From: Syntrophales bacterium
GTDB lineage: Bacteria > Desulfobacterota > Syntrophia > Syntrophales > PHBD01
DNA length: 64,000 bases
Assembly: GCA_963668175.1 (NCBI GenBank)
Contig: OY764159.1
Span: 1,440,001-1,504,000, forward strand
Direction of reading: 5' to 3'
Position 1 is the first letter of the stretch, and each line of letters opens with the position of its first letter. A program made the position numbers and the translations under genes. This document shows, piece after piece, positions 54,411 through 64,000 of this stretch. The notes below the pieces were generated by a model. The model made no database searches. It saw only the letters and a list, made by a program, of their open reading frames with translations, and was not told the DNA's origin.

Positions 54411-54875
54411 ATGGATTATCGCATCGTAAAAGCGGATATTGCAGATGCTGCAGAGATTCTCAATCTGCAGAAATCGGCCTATCAAATCGAGGCGGAACGC
54501 TACCATGATGACAGTATCGCGCCTCTCAGGCAGACCCTACCCGAACTGGAAGGACAATTCCGCGACCATACCATTCTGAAGGCCGTGCTGGACAACCGGA
54601 TCGTCGGGACCGTTCGCGCCTGCGAAAAGGGCGGGACGTGTTATGTCGGGAGGCTGGCCGTCGACCCGGTCCTGCATAACCGCGGAATCGGCGCCGCCCT
54701 CCTCGAGGCGTTAGAAAAGGCCTGCCCCGCGCCGCGGTACGAGCTCTTTGCCGGATCGAAAAGCGCCAACAACATCCATCTGTACAGGAAGCTCGGTTAT
54801 GTGATCTACGAAAAAAAACGTTACGGTCACGGAACCGTCGAGGTCGTCTACATGGAGAAGACGGGTGCGGCATAA
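54411..54875 (+). CDS. GNAT N-acetyltransferase
   Basis: LAVDP..HNRGIG motif A; NIHLYRKLGY. Confidence 0.9.
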   Translation: MDYRIVKADIADAAEILNLQKSAYQIEAERYHDDSIAPLRQTLPELEGQFRDHTILKAVLDNRIVGTVRACEKGGTCYVGRLAVDPVLHNRGIGAALLEALEKACPAPRYELFAGSKSANNIHLYRKLGYVIYEKKRYGHGTVEVVYMEKTGAA

Positions 54876-55189
54876 GGTTGGAAGAGGCAATTCACGGCGC
54901 AGGGCGGCCATACAGCCGATTCCGTGAAGGTTTTATCGGATTAACTCATCTCCTCTCTCGCCTCGGCGAGTTATATTAAAGGTTGATCTGTTCATCCCTC
55001 TGTCATTCTTCCCCTGTTTTCGCAGGGAAATCATGGGTGTGGTGCGATCATGTCGGATATATCGGATGTGGTCCGGGAAATCGGACATGATCGCCCCCTT
55101 TATTGTGTAGGGAATAGGTAGAAACAAATTCGTTCCGTTATAAGCGTCTCATTATCGGGAGGATTATTCGTGAGCGGTCCGATGTATGT

Positions 55190-55206
55190 CTGGCACAATA
55201 TTTGGT
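55190..55206 (+). promoter_or_regulatory. sigma54-like promoter
   Basis: CTGGCACAATATTTGGT (GG-N10-GG); 11-bp inverted repeat upstream at 55044-55094. Confidence 0.5.
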
Positions 55207-55272
55207 AGACACATGGTGCAGGTGGGACGGTTATTTGAATAAGCAACCGCGGCGGCTTGCCGGCGGGCGAGG

Positions 55273-57027
55273 ATGAAGGCCAAGCGCATGGAAGGGCAAG
55301 AGGATAAGTCAAGGGTACTGCGCGACGAGAATCGCCTTTTAAGAAAACGCGTAAGGATGCTGGAAAATGCGGAAGCGGAGCGCAAACTGATAGAGGAGGC
55401 ACTCCGCGAGAGCGAGAAGCGATACCGAAGGTATTTCGCCGCATCCCGGGACTGCGTCTACATCACGTCCGCGGATGGACAATGGATCGACTGCAGCGAT
55501 GCCGCCCTGGACCTGTTCGGCTGTTCGAGCCGGGACGAGCTGTTTCTTTTTCCGATTGCCTCCCTGTATGCCGATCCGGCGATACGCCTGGCTTTTTTGA
55601 ACCTGATCGAAAAGCAGGGATACGTCGAGGAGTATCCCGTCGTCTTAAGACGAAAAGACGGGACATTGTTCGATGCGCTCGTCACCGCCGGCTGCCGGCG
55701 GGACGCCGACGATGCCGAACGGGAGTTTTACGGGACGATCAGGGATGTTTCACGGTTTACAAGGGTTCGGGAAGAATTGCGGCGGGTAGGCCATATCCAG
55801 TCCCTGATCCTCGACAACAGTCTCATTGGGGTCGGATTCGTACGCAACGGAAGAATCGAGTGGGTGAACCGGCGGCTGCCCGAGATGTTCGGCCAGACCA
55901 TCGCGGATGTCCAGGGAGCAAGCACGCGAATCTTTTTTGCATCCGACGAATCGTTCGAAGTCAAGGGACGGGAGATCGACTCCGCCTTGAGGAAAGGAGG
56001 CTGGGTCGAGTTCGAGATCGTCCTTAAACGCGCCGACGGCACGGCGTTCATGAGCAGGACTACCGGGAAAGTGCTCGATCCGGGCAATCCGGATGACGGG
56101 TCCATCTGGATATTCGAAGACATCACAACCCGGAAAAAGGCGGAGGAGGCCCTCAAGGCATCGGAGAGGCGCCTGAAGGACATCATCGACTTTTCGCCCG
56201 ACGCGACGCTGGCCATCGACCGGGATGGCAGGGTCATCATTTGGAACCGCGCCATTGAAGAGATGACCGGAGTCTCAGCGGCGGAGATGCTGGGAAAGGC
56301 GGATTATGAATACGCCGTTCCCTTCTACGGAGTGCGCAGGCCGGTCCTGGTCGACCTGATCCTCAGAAGGGACAGGAAAGCCGAGATGAAGTATTGCACC
56401 ACTATGGAAAGAAAGCGGGATCATCTGGTCGGAGAATTCTGGGTCCCCTGTCTCAAGGGCTCGAGCGCCTGCCTGTGGGCCAAGGCGGGTCCCCTTTACG
56501 ACCATGAGGGGAATATTGTCGGGGCGATCGAGTCCGCAAGGGACATTACAAATCGAAAACACGACGTGGAAGTCATGCAAAAGAGGGAAAGGGACCTGGA
56601 GCTTAAAACCAGGGAACTCGAGGATGTAAATACGGCCCTCAGGGTCATGCTGAAACAGCGGGAAGGTGATCGTAGCGAACTGGGCGAACAGATGCTCTTC
56701 AACGTCAAACTGCTTGTCCAGCCTTACATCGAACAGCTGAAAAGATACGGCGATACCAGGATTTTGACCTGCCTGGAGGTCGTGGAATCGAATCTGCAGT
56801 CCATCGTATCGCCTTTTTCCTACAAGCTCTCTTCGCAATGCCTGAATCTCACCAACCGGGAGGTGCAGGTGGCCAACCTGATCAAGGAAGGTAAAACAAC
56901 TAAGGAAATCGTGGATATCCTCCATCTGTCTGCCAGCGCCGTCAATGTACATCGTTATCACATCAGAAAGAAACTGGGCCTCAAGAAAATGCAGAATCTG
57001 CGTTCCTTCCTGGCTTCCCTCGCCTGA
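55273..57027 (+). CDS. Triple-PAS LuxR regulator (paralog of 24157-25494)
   Basis: Shared YEYA.PFYG.RRP.L.DL and LWAKA.PLYD PAS; LuxR HTH. Confidence 0.9.
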   Translation: MKAKRMEGQEDKSRVLRDENRLLRKRVRMLENAEAERKLIEEALRESEKRYRRYFAASRDCVYITSADGQWIDCSDAALDLFGCSSRDELFLFPIASLYADPAIRLAFLNLIEKQGYVEEYPVVLRRKDGTLFDALVTAGCRRDADDAEREFYGTIRDVSRFTRVREELRRVGHIQSLILDNSLIGVGFVRNGRIEWVNRRLPEMFGQTIADVQGASTRIFFASDESFEVKGREIDSALRKGGWVEFEIVLKRADGTAFMSRTTGKVLDPGNPDDGSIWIFEDITTRKKAEEALKASERRLKDIIDFSPDATLAIDRDGRVIIWNRAIEEMTGVSAAEMLGKADYEYAVPFYGVRRPVLVDLILRRDRKAEMKYCTTMERKRDHLVGEFWVPCLKGSSACLWAKAGPLYDHEGNIVGAIESARDITNRKHDVEVMQKRERDLELKTRELEDVNTALRVMLKQREGDRSELGEQMLFNVKLLVQPYIEQLKRYGDTRILTCLEVVESNLQSIVSPFSYKLSSQCLNLTNREVQVANLIKEGKTTKEIVDILHLSASAVNVHRYHIRKKLGLKKMQNLRSFLASLA

Positions 57028-57209
57028 AATAAATTATTTCTTAATATTTCTTATTAAACATTTAATATTGTCTTTCCTCCAGGTCTTCACTAAAAACCGT
57101 CCGGCGGTACCATTCTTTTTCCTCACCCCAATATCCATCGGTTGTGCCAAGCTCCAAAATGGTTCCGCTTTTATGACGGACGACAATAAGTTCCAAGGAG
57201 GTCTCAGGT

Positions 57210-59105
57210 ATGTCGAAGGTTCTGTCTCTATCCAAAGGCGGTTTAAGAATGAAACTGATGACGGGCGGCTGCCTTATGGCCATTATTCCCGTCGTCATTC
57301 TGGGCACGATCGCCGTTTTCAATGCCAAGTCGAGCATTGAAAAAGAGACGGATACCCAGATCGTGATGATCTCGAAGAGCATCGCCGACATGGTGGACGG
57401 GGTCATGACGTCGGAGGCGAACAGCATCGCCATGCTGGCCCAGAGAGACGTTGTGGTCCAGGCCGTGAAGGAGGTCAATGAGGGCGGCAATGCGCAAAAG
57501 GTTGAATACTTGCAGAGCGAATTGGGCAAACTTCAGACCATTGCGGGAAATCGTTACGACTTCATCCTCATTGCGGACGGAGCCGGGAATGTTTTCACGG
57601 ACAGCGCTGGCGGTTCCACCAAGGGGTTGAAGGTCGCAGACCGGGATTATTACAAGAACGCCGTCCAGGGCCGGGCAAGCCTCGATTCCGTCGTAATATC
57701 GAGAAAGAGCAACGAACCGGTCTGCTCCATCGCTTATCCCGTCAAAGGCGAGAACGGCAAGGTCATCGGCCTCGTGGCCGGCATTATGAGGGTGTCCTTC
57801 CTGGCGGCCAAGATCAATGAAATCAAGCTGGGCAAGACAGGCTATACATACATGGTCAACAAGGACGGGGTGGTGATCGTCTATCCGGACCAGAAACAGG
57901 TGCTGCAGCTCAATCTGTCGAAAGAACAGGGCATGGAGGACGTCATGCGGAGGGCCGTCTCGGGAGAGACGGGTGTCCTGAAATATGCCTATAAAGGCGT
58001 CGAAAAATACGCCGGGTTCGCCCCCGTCAAGGTTAACGGGTGGAGTATCGTGACGGCCGTTCCGGTGGACGAGATGCTCCAATCCGTCTACAACACCCGG
58101 AATATTATCTTTATCGGGGTGGTCATTTTCGCTCTGCTGGCACTGGGGGCGGCTTATTATTCCGCCCGGTCCATCGCCGTTCCCGTTCAGGATGCCGTGA
58201 TGAAGCTGAGCGCCGGGTCCGACCAGATCACATCCGCCTCCGGCGAAGTGGCTTCCTCTAGCCAGAGCTTGGCGGAAGGATCTTCCGAGCAGGCGGCGGC
58301 GATCGAAGAGACATCTTCGTCCCTGGAGGAAATGTCGTCCATGACAAAGCAGAGTGCCGAGAATGCCGGCCAGGCCAAGGCCTATATGACGGAAGCCCGG
58401 GAAATCGTAACCCGCGTGAACCGGCAGATGGAAGACATGGCCGAATCCATCGGTGAAGTCACAAAGAGCAGCGAGGAGACAGGGAAAATCGTAAAGACCA
58501 TCGACGAGATCGCCTTCCAGACGAATCTCCTGGCCCTCAACGCGGCCGTGGAAGCGGCGCGGGCCGGCGAGGCCGGGGCGGGATTCGCAGTCGTGGCGGA
58601 CGAAGTCCGGAATCTGGCCATGCGGGCGGCGGAGGCGGCCAAGAACACGTCGTCCCTGATCGAGAACACGATCACCGTCGTCCGGAAGAGCAGCGAGCTT
58701 ACGGAAGCGACGCGGGCGGGCTTCAGGGGGACTGTCGAGATATCCATGAAGGTCGGGAGCCTCATCGACGAGATCGCGGCGGCGGCGTCGGAGCAGGCTC
58801 AGGGCATCGACCAGATCAGCAAGGCCGTAAACGAAATGGACAAGGTTGTGCAGCGCAATGCGGCCAATGCGGAGGAGTCGGCTTCGGCCTCGGAAGAGTT
58901 GAACGCCCAGGCGCTCGCGCTGAAGGACGTCGTGGCGGAGCTGACGAAGGTCATCGGCGGCAGCGGAGACGGCCGCTCAACGATGCCCTCGGGACCCGGA
59001 ACCGGGAGACGCATTCCCATGGGAAAAGGTGAGAAAAACAAGTCGGCCGCCGGCCAGGCGGAGAAGCTCATCCCTTTCGACGAGAAGGGGTTTAAGGATT
59101 TTTAA
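57210..59105 (+). CDS. Methyl-accepting chemotaxis protein (dCache; paralog of 42226-44130)
   Basis: ADRDYY, KLGKTGY, signalling hairpin, C-terminal GFKDF. Confidence 0.96.
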   Translation: MSKVLSLSKGGLRMKLMTGGCLMAIIPVVILGTIAVFNAKSSIEKETDTQIVMISKSIADMVDGVMTSEANSIAMLAQRDVVVQAVKEVNEGGNAQKVEYLQSELGKLQTIAGNRYDFILIADGAGNVFTDSAGGSTKGLKVADRDYYKNAVQGRASLDSVVISRKSNEPVCSIAYPVKGENGKVIGLVAGIMRVSFLAAKINEIKLGKTGYTYMVNKDGVVIVYPDQKQVLQLNLSKEQGMEDVMRRAVSGETGVLKYAYKGVEKYAGFAPVKVNGWSIVTAVPVDEMLQSVYNTRNIIFIGVVIFALLALGAAYYSARSIAVPVQDAVMKLSAGSDQITSASGEVASSSQSLAEGSSEQAAAIEETSSSLEEMSSMTKQSAENAGQAKAYMTEAREIVTRVNRQMEDMAESIGEVTKSSEETGKIVKTIDEIAFQTNLLALNAAVEAARAGEAGAGFAVVADEVRNLAMRAAEAAKNTSSLIENTITVVRKSSELTEATRAGFRGTVEISMKVGSLIDEIAAAASEQAQGIDQISKAVNEMDKVVQRNAANAEESASASEELNAQALALKDVVAELTKVIGGSGDGRSTMPSGPGTGRRIPMGKGEKNKSAAGQAEKLIPFDEKGFKDF

Positions 59106-59227
59106 GATCGGGTAGCCCGGGTATGGGATGAACCCGATCCGGCAGATCGGAGTTGAGAAAATCGGTGGAAGAGAAAAGGCGTTTCGCCTCTTCTCCCTGC
59201 CGCATGAAAGACAGTAGGTGAGAGAGT

Positions 59228-59680
59228 ATGGAAAGGTTGAGGAAAATATTCAAGGGAAAGACGCAAGGCGAATCCGAAGAGAAGGTGGACGCCGAATCCA
59301 TCATCGCCGCCATCCTGAAGAGCAGCGGAAGCGTTCTGTTTGCTGTTTTTGACGATCACAAACTGGGGCTCGTCGACAAGGATACGGACTATATCATCCA
59401 GGCCGTCTGCGGTGTGGGCGTTCAAGGTCCCCTGACGGAACAACAAAAGGCCATTCACGATAAGATTGCGCCCGCAGTTACGGAAATCTGCGATTTAATG
59501 CAGCTTGGCGATCTGCCGCCGGAGAAGAAGCAGGTTATTCTGTTCATGGTCCGCTTCATGATGGCGATGAAGATTCTCTTCATGGTGGAGCTTTTCAAGA
59601 ATAAGATCAATGGGGAGGCAGCGCTCAGGGGGGTTGTGGAAAAATCGCTGGCGGGAATGAAAACGGTAGGATGCGCTTAA
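59228..59680 (+). CDS. Hypothetical protein
   Basis: 150-aa ORF filling the gap, followed by a terminator. Confidence 0.65.
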   Translation: MERLRKIFKGKTQGESEEKVDAESIIAAILKSSGSVLFAVFDDHKLGLVDKDTDYIIQAVCGVGVQGPLTEQQKAIHDKIAPAVTEICDLMQLGDLPPEKKQVILFMVRFMMAMKILFMVELFKNKINGEAALRGVVEKSLAGMKTVGCA

Positions 59681-59714
59681 CAACTCATACTGCATCCCTG
59701 AGGGAGGCCGTTAA

Positions 59715-59757
59715 AAAGGGCAGGGTCCGCCGGAAGGAGACCCTGCCCTTTCATTTT
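59715..59757 (+). terminator. Intrinsic terminator
   Basis: AAAGGGCAGGGTC/GACCCTGCCCTTT stem plus T run. Confidence 0.75.
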
Positions 59758-59967
59758 GCGACGGACAAGATGAACTATATTCAGCCGAAGATCTTATGCA
59801 CAAGACAGATGGAACGCCGTTCAAAAAAATGGCCGATTAAGTCGGAAGGCACCATGGACCGGCCGGTTGGATATTGTTTTGACATACGGCGATACCGGTG
59901 CAATAATAATTCAGCACATCCATTTTCCTGTTTCCCGCCGATAATATCTGAAGCAAAGGAGGTTCCG

Positions 59968-60468
59968 ATGAACAGAGTGTTTCGTTGCAAGTGTTTAGCG
60001 GCACTGTTTCTGGTTCTGGTTCTGGCGCAGCCCGCCCTGTGTGACGACAATTCCAAGGTCGTCGGTCTATGGCGGCTCGTCTCTTACGTCGTCGAGGTCC
60101 AGTCAACGGGGGAAATCATGAACGTCATGGGCAAAAACCCGACGGGCTATGTCCTGTTTATGCCGGAAGGGAGGGCCTTTTTCATCCTGACGGGGGAGGG
60201 GCGGAAGCCGGGCAAGACCGACAAGGAGCGCGCCGACCTTTTGAGCACCCTGGTATCCTACACGGGCATGTACCGCGTCGAGGGGGACCAGTGGATCACG
60301 AAGATCGAAGTCGCCTGGAACCCCGAATGGGTCGGCACCGAACAGCGGCGCCCTTTCAAGATAGAGGGGAACCGCCTGAAAGTCCTGACGCCGTGGCGCA
60401 TGATGCCGAACTGGGCCGACAAGGGGATGACGCGGTCGATCATCACGTTCGAGCGGGCCGAAAAATGA
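59968..60468 (+). CDS. Exported lipocalin-like domain protein
   Basis: VVGLWRLVS, SYTG.Y, W.GTEQ.R; RBS AAGGAGG. Confidence 0.85.
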   Translation: MNRVFRCKCLAALFLVLVLAQPALCDDNSKVVGLWRLVSYVVEVQSTGEIMNVMGKNPTGYVLFMPEGRAFFILTGEGRKPGKTDKERADLLSTLVSYTGMYRVEGDQWITKIEVAWNPEWVGTEQRRPFKIEGNRLKVLTPWRMMPNWADKGMTRSIITFERAEK

Positions 60469-60802
60469 CGTCCGGAGCGGACCGGTGCCGGCGCGTATTT
60501 CCGCAACATAAAAATCGAGGCGGTTTCGGTGAGAATGCCGTCCTTTGTTTCCGTTCCGATGAGAAACAGCTCTTTACGGCCTCCAGCAGCTTGCCAAGAA
60601 ACGCGATTATGAACAGGCCATGCCCCCTGCATAGGGGGCGTTCAAAAATGTCCGGATGTAAGACGTGCAAGAGCCCCCCTGTGGGAGGTGCCGCCCCCTA
60701 TACAGGGGACGCGGCGGGAATGATGCATACATAGAAGCATGTCGATGGACGAGGCTTGCGGAGGGGCGCGGGAGCCGGGCGCTTTTCAAAAGCCCGCCGG
60801 GA

Positions 60803-61510
60803 TTAGCCCGCAGGAATGAGTCGGATGAGGGCCTCGCTGGCCGACAGACGCAGGGACGCGTCGTAGAGATGGGACATCTCGTTCGCCTCGGGGTTGATCT
60901 CAAGGCAATAGGCCCCGGCGCTCTTGGCGATTTGCGGGAATCCGGCCGCGGGCCAGACGGCGCCCGATGTGCCGATGCTGACGAAAAGCTCCGAGCGGCC
61001 GATCATGTCCATGGCCTTTTCCATCACGTGCTGGTCGAGATGGTCGCCGAACCAGACGATGTCCGGCCGAAGCCATTCGCCGCAGCGGTCGCAGCGGCGC
61101 CCGGCGAAGGTCTCGCCGAGGTCTTCCCGGACCCCGTGCCTGCTGCAGCGCACGCGCCACAGGCTGCCGTGGAGTTCCGTAACGTCGCGGCTCCCTCCCC
61201 GCTGATGCATCCCGTCGATGTTCTGGGTGATGACGGCGACGCCGGGCCTGCTCTTCTCCAGGGCCGCGATCCGGTAGTGGCCCTCGTGGGGTTTGCAAGC
61301 GAGCACGGCCTTTCTCCGCAGTTCGTGGAATGCCAGGACCTTTTCCGGATCGGCCTCAAAGGCCTCCTGGCAGGCGAATTCCTGCCAGTTGTACTGGTGC
61401 CATATCCCGCCCTTGCCGCGGTAGGTGGGCACGCCGCTTTCGGCCGACATTCCGGCGCCGGTGAAGAAAACAATCGTCCGGTAGTCGCTGACGTTCACAT
61501 GGGTCGTCAT
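60803..61510 (-). CDS. cobB: Sirtuin NAD-dependent deacylase
   Basis: TGAGMSAESG, TQNIDGMH, HGS, RPDIVWFG, GTS. Confidence 0.93.
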   Translation of the reverse strand: MTTHVNVSDYRTIVFFTGAGMSAESGVPTYRGKGGIWHQYNWQEFACQEAFEADPEKVLAFHELRRKAVLACKPHEGHYRIAALEKSRPGVAVITQNIDGMHQRGGSRDVTELHGSLWRVRCSRHGVREDLGETFAGRRCDRCGEWLRPDIVWFGDHLDQHVMEKAMDMIGRSELFVSIGTSGAVWPAAGFPQIAKSAGAYCLEINPEANEMSHLYDASLRLSASEALIRLIPAG

Positions 61511-61624
61511 GATCCCTCCCATCGTCCTGGATACCGGTTGTCGAGTGGAAAGTCAATGCTTGACTTTGGCCCGTGGTCTTATTTAGAATTTAAGGTACGA
61601 CAACAGGCGTCAACGGAGGGTCCT

Positions 61625-62356
61625 GTGCGCACCGTCAAGCATGCCAAACCCGAATTCACGAACAGCCCGTTTAAGGATCTGAAAGGGAAGCTTGCGAAAA
61701 GCGATCTGAAGCGTCTTCCCCACGCCGTACCCGCGCCCGTTGCGACCGGGGAAAATGACGCCGCAACGGAAGGGTCCGCCGAGGCAAGGAAGCTCTTTAT
61801 GGAGGCGGTCGAGGGCGTCAGACCTATCTCGTCCGGCCGGTCCGCGACAAATGTCCCGGCGGTGCTGCCGGAACCCCTGGTTCCCGAAAGCGAGGACGAC
61901 GAGGCCCTTCTTAAACTCAGGAAACTGGTCGATTGCGGTCAGGGGTTTATCATTGCGGACACGCCCGAGTATATCGAAGGCCTCGGACCCAACGTTCCTC
62001 CGGAGCTGGCCCGCCGGCTGCACCGGGGCGATTTCTCCGTCCAGGCCTCCATCGATCTCCACGGCTTCACCGTCGCGGAAGCCCGGGAGGTGTTCCAGGG
62101 TTTTCTGACGGAATCGGTGAAAAGGGGGAAACGGTCCCTCCTCATCGTCCACGGACGGGGTTTGTCCTCGGCGGAGGAGCCGGTCATCAAGAACCGGATT
62201 GTCGAATGGCTGGGAAGCTCCCGATGGCGGAAATGGGTGATCGCGTACGCCAGCGCCCGCTCCTGCGATGGCGGCGCCGGTGCGACCTATGTGCTCTTGA
62301 GGCCTCATCCACTGGCGAAAAGCCGGCGCAATAATAAGGCAGCGTCACGGGGATAG
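61625..62356 (+). CDS. Smr (MutS2 C-terminal) domain protein
   Basis: IDLHG, IVHGRG, GGAGA; GTG start after GGAGGG. Confidence 0.9.
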   Translation: MRTVKHAKPEFTNSPFKDLKGKLAKSDLKRLPHAVPAPVATGENDAATEGSAEARKLFMEAVEGVRPISSGRSATNVPAVLPEPLVPESEDDEALLKLRKLVDCGQGFIIADTPEYIEGLGPNVPPELARRLHRGDFSVQASIDLHGFTVAEAREVFQGFLTESVKRGKRSLLIVHGRGLSSAEEPVIKNRIVEWLGSSRWRKWVIAYASARSCDGGAGATYVLLRPHPLAKSRRNNKAASRG

Positions 62357-62464
62357 GGCGGCACGGCCATCCGTCGGACTGCTGCCGATGGCGACAGGCC
62401 TTTCGTAAGCCCGCTCTTTGCCGGGACGCGTTTTCGATCGTGTGATACAGGCCCTGTGAAGCTT

Positions 62465-62572
62465 TTACTGCTTGGTCTCTTTCTCTTTGCGTTTCTTTCC
62501 CTTAAGGCGGCGTTTGCCGGACGTACCCCGGTGGATCTTGCCCCGTTTCGATCTCTGGTCGCCTTTACCCAT
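62465..62572 (-). CDS. thx: 30S ribosomal protein Thx/bS31 family (35 aa; absent from ORF track)
   Basis: Hand translation MGKGDQRSKRGKIHRGTSGKRRLKGKKRKEKETKQ; RBS AGGAGG. Confidence 0.9.
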   Translation of the reverse strand: MGKGDQRSKRGKIHRGTSGKRRLKGKKRKEKETKQ

Positions 62573-62666
62573 CCTCATTCCTCCTGGTTTGTGTTTTTCT
62601 GTATGTCCGTATGTTCTCCCCGCCCCGTTATCGCCTCCCGGAACGTCCTGTTATGTCCCTTTGCGG

Positions 62667-64000
62667 CTATTTCAGTTTGAAGTCGACGCGGCTGTCTTTG
62701 GCCTTCTCCTTCTTATCCGGGGCCAGGGTCTTCGGTTCGATCACAAATACCCTCGACGGGTCCACCTTGCCCGATTTCAGGATCGCGTCCCTGACGGCGG
62801 CCGCCCGCTGCGAGGCCAGCAGTTTCAGATCGGATTCGTTGACAACCGTGTAGGTCAGGAGCAGTTTCTCCATCTCCGGGATCGGCAGCGTCTTGACCAA
62901 CCCGATGACGTTGCGGGGCTTGGGGAACGACTCGGCTTTGTAAACCTCCGTCAGGTACTTCTCGTACTCCTGCGGTTCGATCGTCACCTGGTCGACCGGA
63001 ACGGCGCGCTGGCCCTTTTTGATCGTGTCGTTCAGCTTGCGGGCCTTCATCTTGCGGTCGATAAGGTAGCGTTTCAGACCTTCCCTGTCTCTCTCCGGGT
63101 CGGCATGGCCTTCGATGTCGAGCTTAAGCGAGGGCCTTTCGTAAAGGGCCTTGACCAGGTTGTCGATCTTCTTCTGTCCCGCATCGGGAATCGCGGTCAG
63201 GCCGTAGTCGAATTCGACGTAGCTCATCTCCTCGCCGCCCCCGAAGAGACTGCCCAGAAGTGCGAATGGCGCCGTCACCGCCTTGGTGATGAGGTTGACG
63301 ATCACCTGGATGACGAGGCGCGCGATGCTGAACTTGGGATCGTCGGTGCTCCCCGTGACGGGAACATCGAGGTTGATCTGCCCGTTACGGTCCCGGAGAA
63401 GGGCGATGGCGAGCCCTACCGGCAGTTTCGTGGCGTCGGGGCTGTCCACCTTGTCGCCCAGGGTGAGCTGGTCGATGAAGATCTTGTTCTCCGAGTCGAG
63501 CTTCTTGCCGGCGATCAGGTACTTGAGGTCGAAGGAGAGTTTGCCCTTCTGGATCGCGTAGCCCACGTAGCGGCCCGAATACGGCGTGACGGGACTCAGG
63601 TCCATGTCTTTGAACGAGGCCTTGATGTCCACGAGGAGGTTCTTCGGGAAGGGGTTGACCCTTCCGGTGATCTCCAAAGGCGCATATTCGTTGAATTTAC
63701 CCCGGAGTTCCACGTCGGCCGGCTTTTCCACGAGTGAGGAAAGGCCCGCCACGCGTCCGCCGATGGCGGTCAGGTGAGACGAGTAGTTCGGCTTGATATG
63801 CCGGTCGAGAAAGTCGATGGTCCCGTTTTGGACGGTGATCGCCCCGATCTTGACAGGCGTGGCCTTCTCCGTTTCGCCTGTATCCTTGGGCTTTTCCGCT
63901 TCCGCCTTTGCGGCCTTCTTCGTCTCGGTCTTCTCCGCCGTCGTGCCCGCAGCCTGGGCTGCCGGGCCCTCTTTTTCAAGGATGTTCATGAGATTAGGCG
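62667..64000 (-). CDS. DUF748 (AsmA-like) protein with C-terminal OmpA-like region, 5'-truncated
   Basis: PYSGRYVGY.I.KGKL, LAIALLRDRNG.I.LD.PV.G...DP.F, LASQRA. Confidence 0.85.
   Translation of the reverse strand, partial: PNLMNILEKEGPAAQAAGTTAEKTETKKAAKAEAEKPKDTGETEKATPVKIGAITVQNGTIDFLDRHIKPNYSSHLTAIGGRVAGLSSLVEKPADVELRGKFNEYAPLEITGRVNPFPKNLLVDIKASFKDMDLSPVTPYSGRYVGYAIQKGKLSFDLKYLIAGKKLDSENKIFIDQLTLGDKVDSPDATKLPVGLAIALLRDRNGQINLDVPVTGSTDDPKFSIARLVIQVIVNLITKAVTAPFALLGSLFGGGEEMSYVEFDYGLTAIPDAGQKKIDNLVKALYERPSLKLDIEGHADPERDREGLKRYLIDRKMKARKLNDTIKKGQRAVPVDQVTIEPQEYEKYLTEVYKAESFPKPRNVIGLVKTLPIPEMEKLLLTYTVVNESDLKLLASQRAAAVRDAILKSGKVDPSRVFVIEPKTLAPDKKEKAKDSRVDFKLK

Noticed and set aside
57132..57151. 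Minus-strand TTGGCAC sigma54-like half site
   Set aside because: Poor -12 element, and it points away from the MCP into the end of a gene
59937..59944. GCCGATAA sigma28 -10 before the lipocalin-like gene
   Set aside because: No TAAA-like -35 at 15-16 nt spacing
60665..61624. 563-aa Smr fusion ORF
   Set aside because: The N-terminal part is the antisense shadow of the sirtuin; RBS and promoter support GTG 61625

Overview
GC-rich chromosomal segment of an anaerobic deltaproteobacterium; the gene content resembles Syntrophales/Desulfobacterota (inference). I found no rRNA, tRNA, CRISPR array, transposase or prophage. The first ~13 kb is a core block: lptC-lptA-lptB-rpoN-hpf-ptsN-(divergent hprK)-rapZ, an M23 peptidase, coaBC-UDG and nfeD-SPFH. 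The rest mixes O2/NO defence genes (two rubrerythrins, a ferritin-like protein, rubredoxin, FprA), acyl-CoA metabolism, mutS, degP, eno and dense signalling (two hybrid kinases, HDOD, GAF-GAF-HD-GYP, two dCache MCPs, an orphan cheD, three paralogous LuxR-type regulators). Two real genes are missing from the ORF track: rubredoxin and ribosomal protein Thx. Best candidates for new biology: (1) a stand-alone HydBC/BamGHI-like NAD(H) module with no catalytic subunit and a Cys-rich third subunit, divergent from a LuxR gene; (2) a structured, terminator-containing leader upstream of a Tat-exported UrdA-like flavoprotein; (3) LuxR genes carrying palindromes at their own 3' ends, one followed by a probable sRNA; (4) a sigma54-driven, GGA-rich ~450 nt RNA upstream of an MCP; (5) small unknown proteins under sigma54 and sigma28 promoters. 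All functional claims come from motif reading by eye; no database searches were run.
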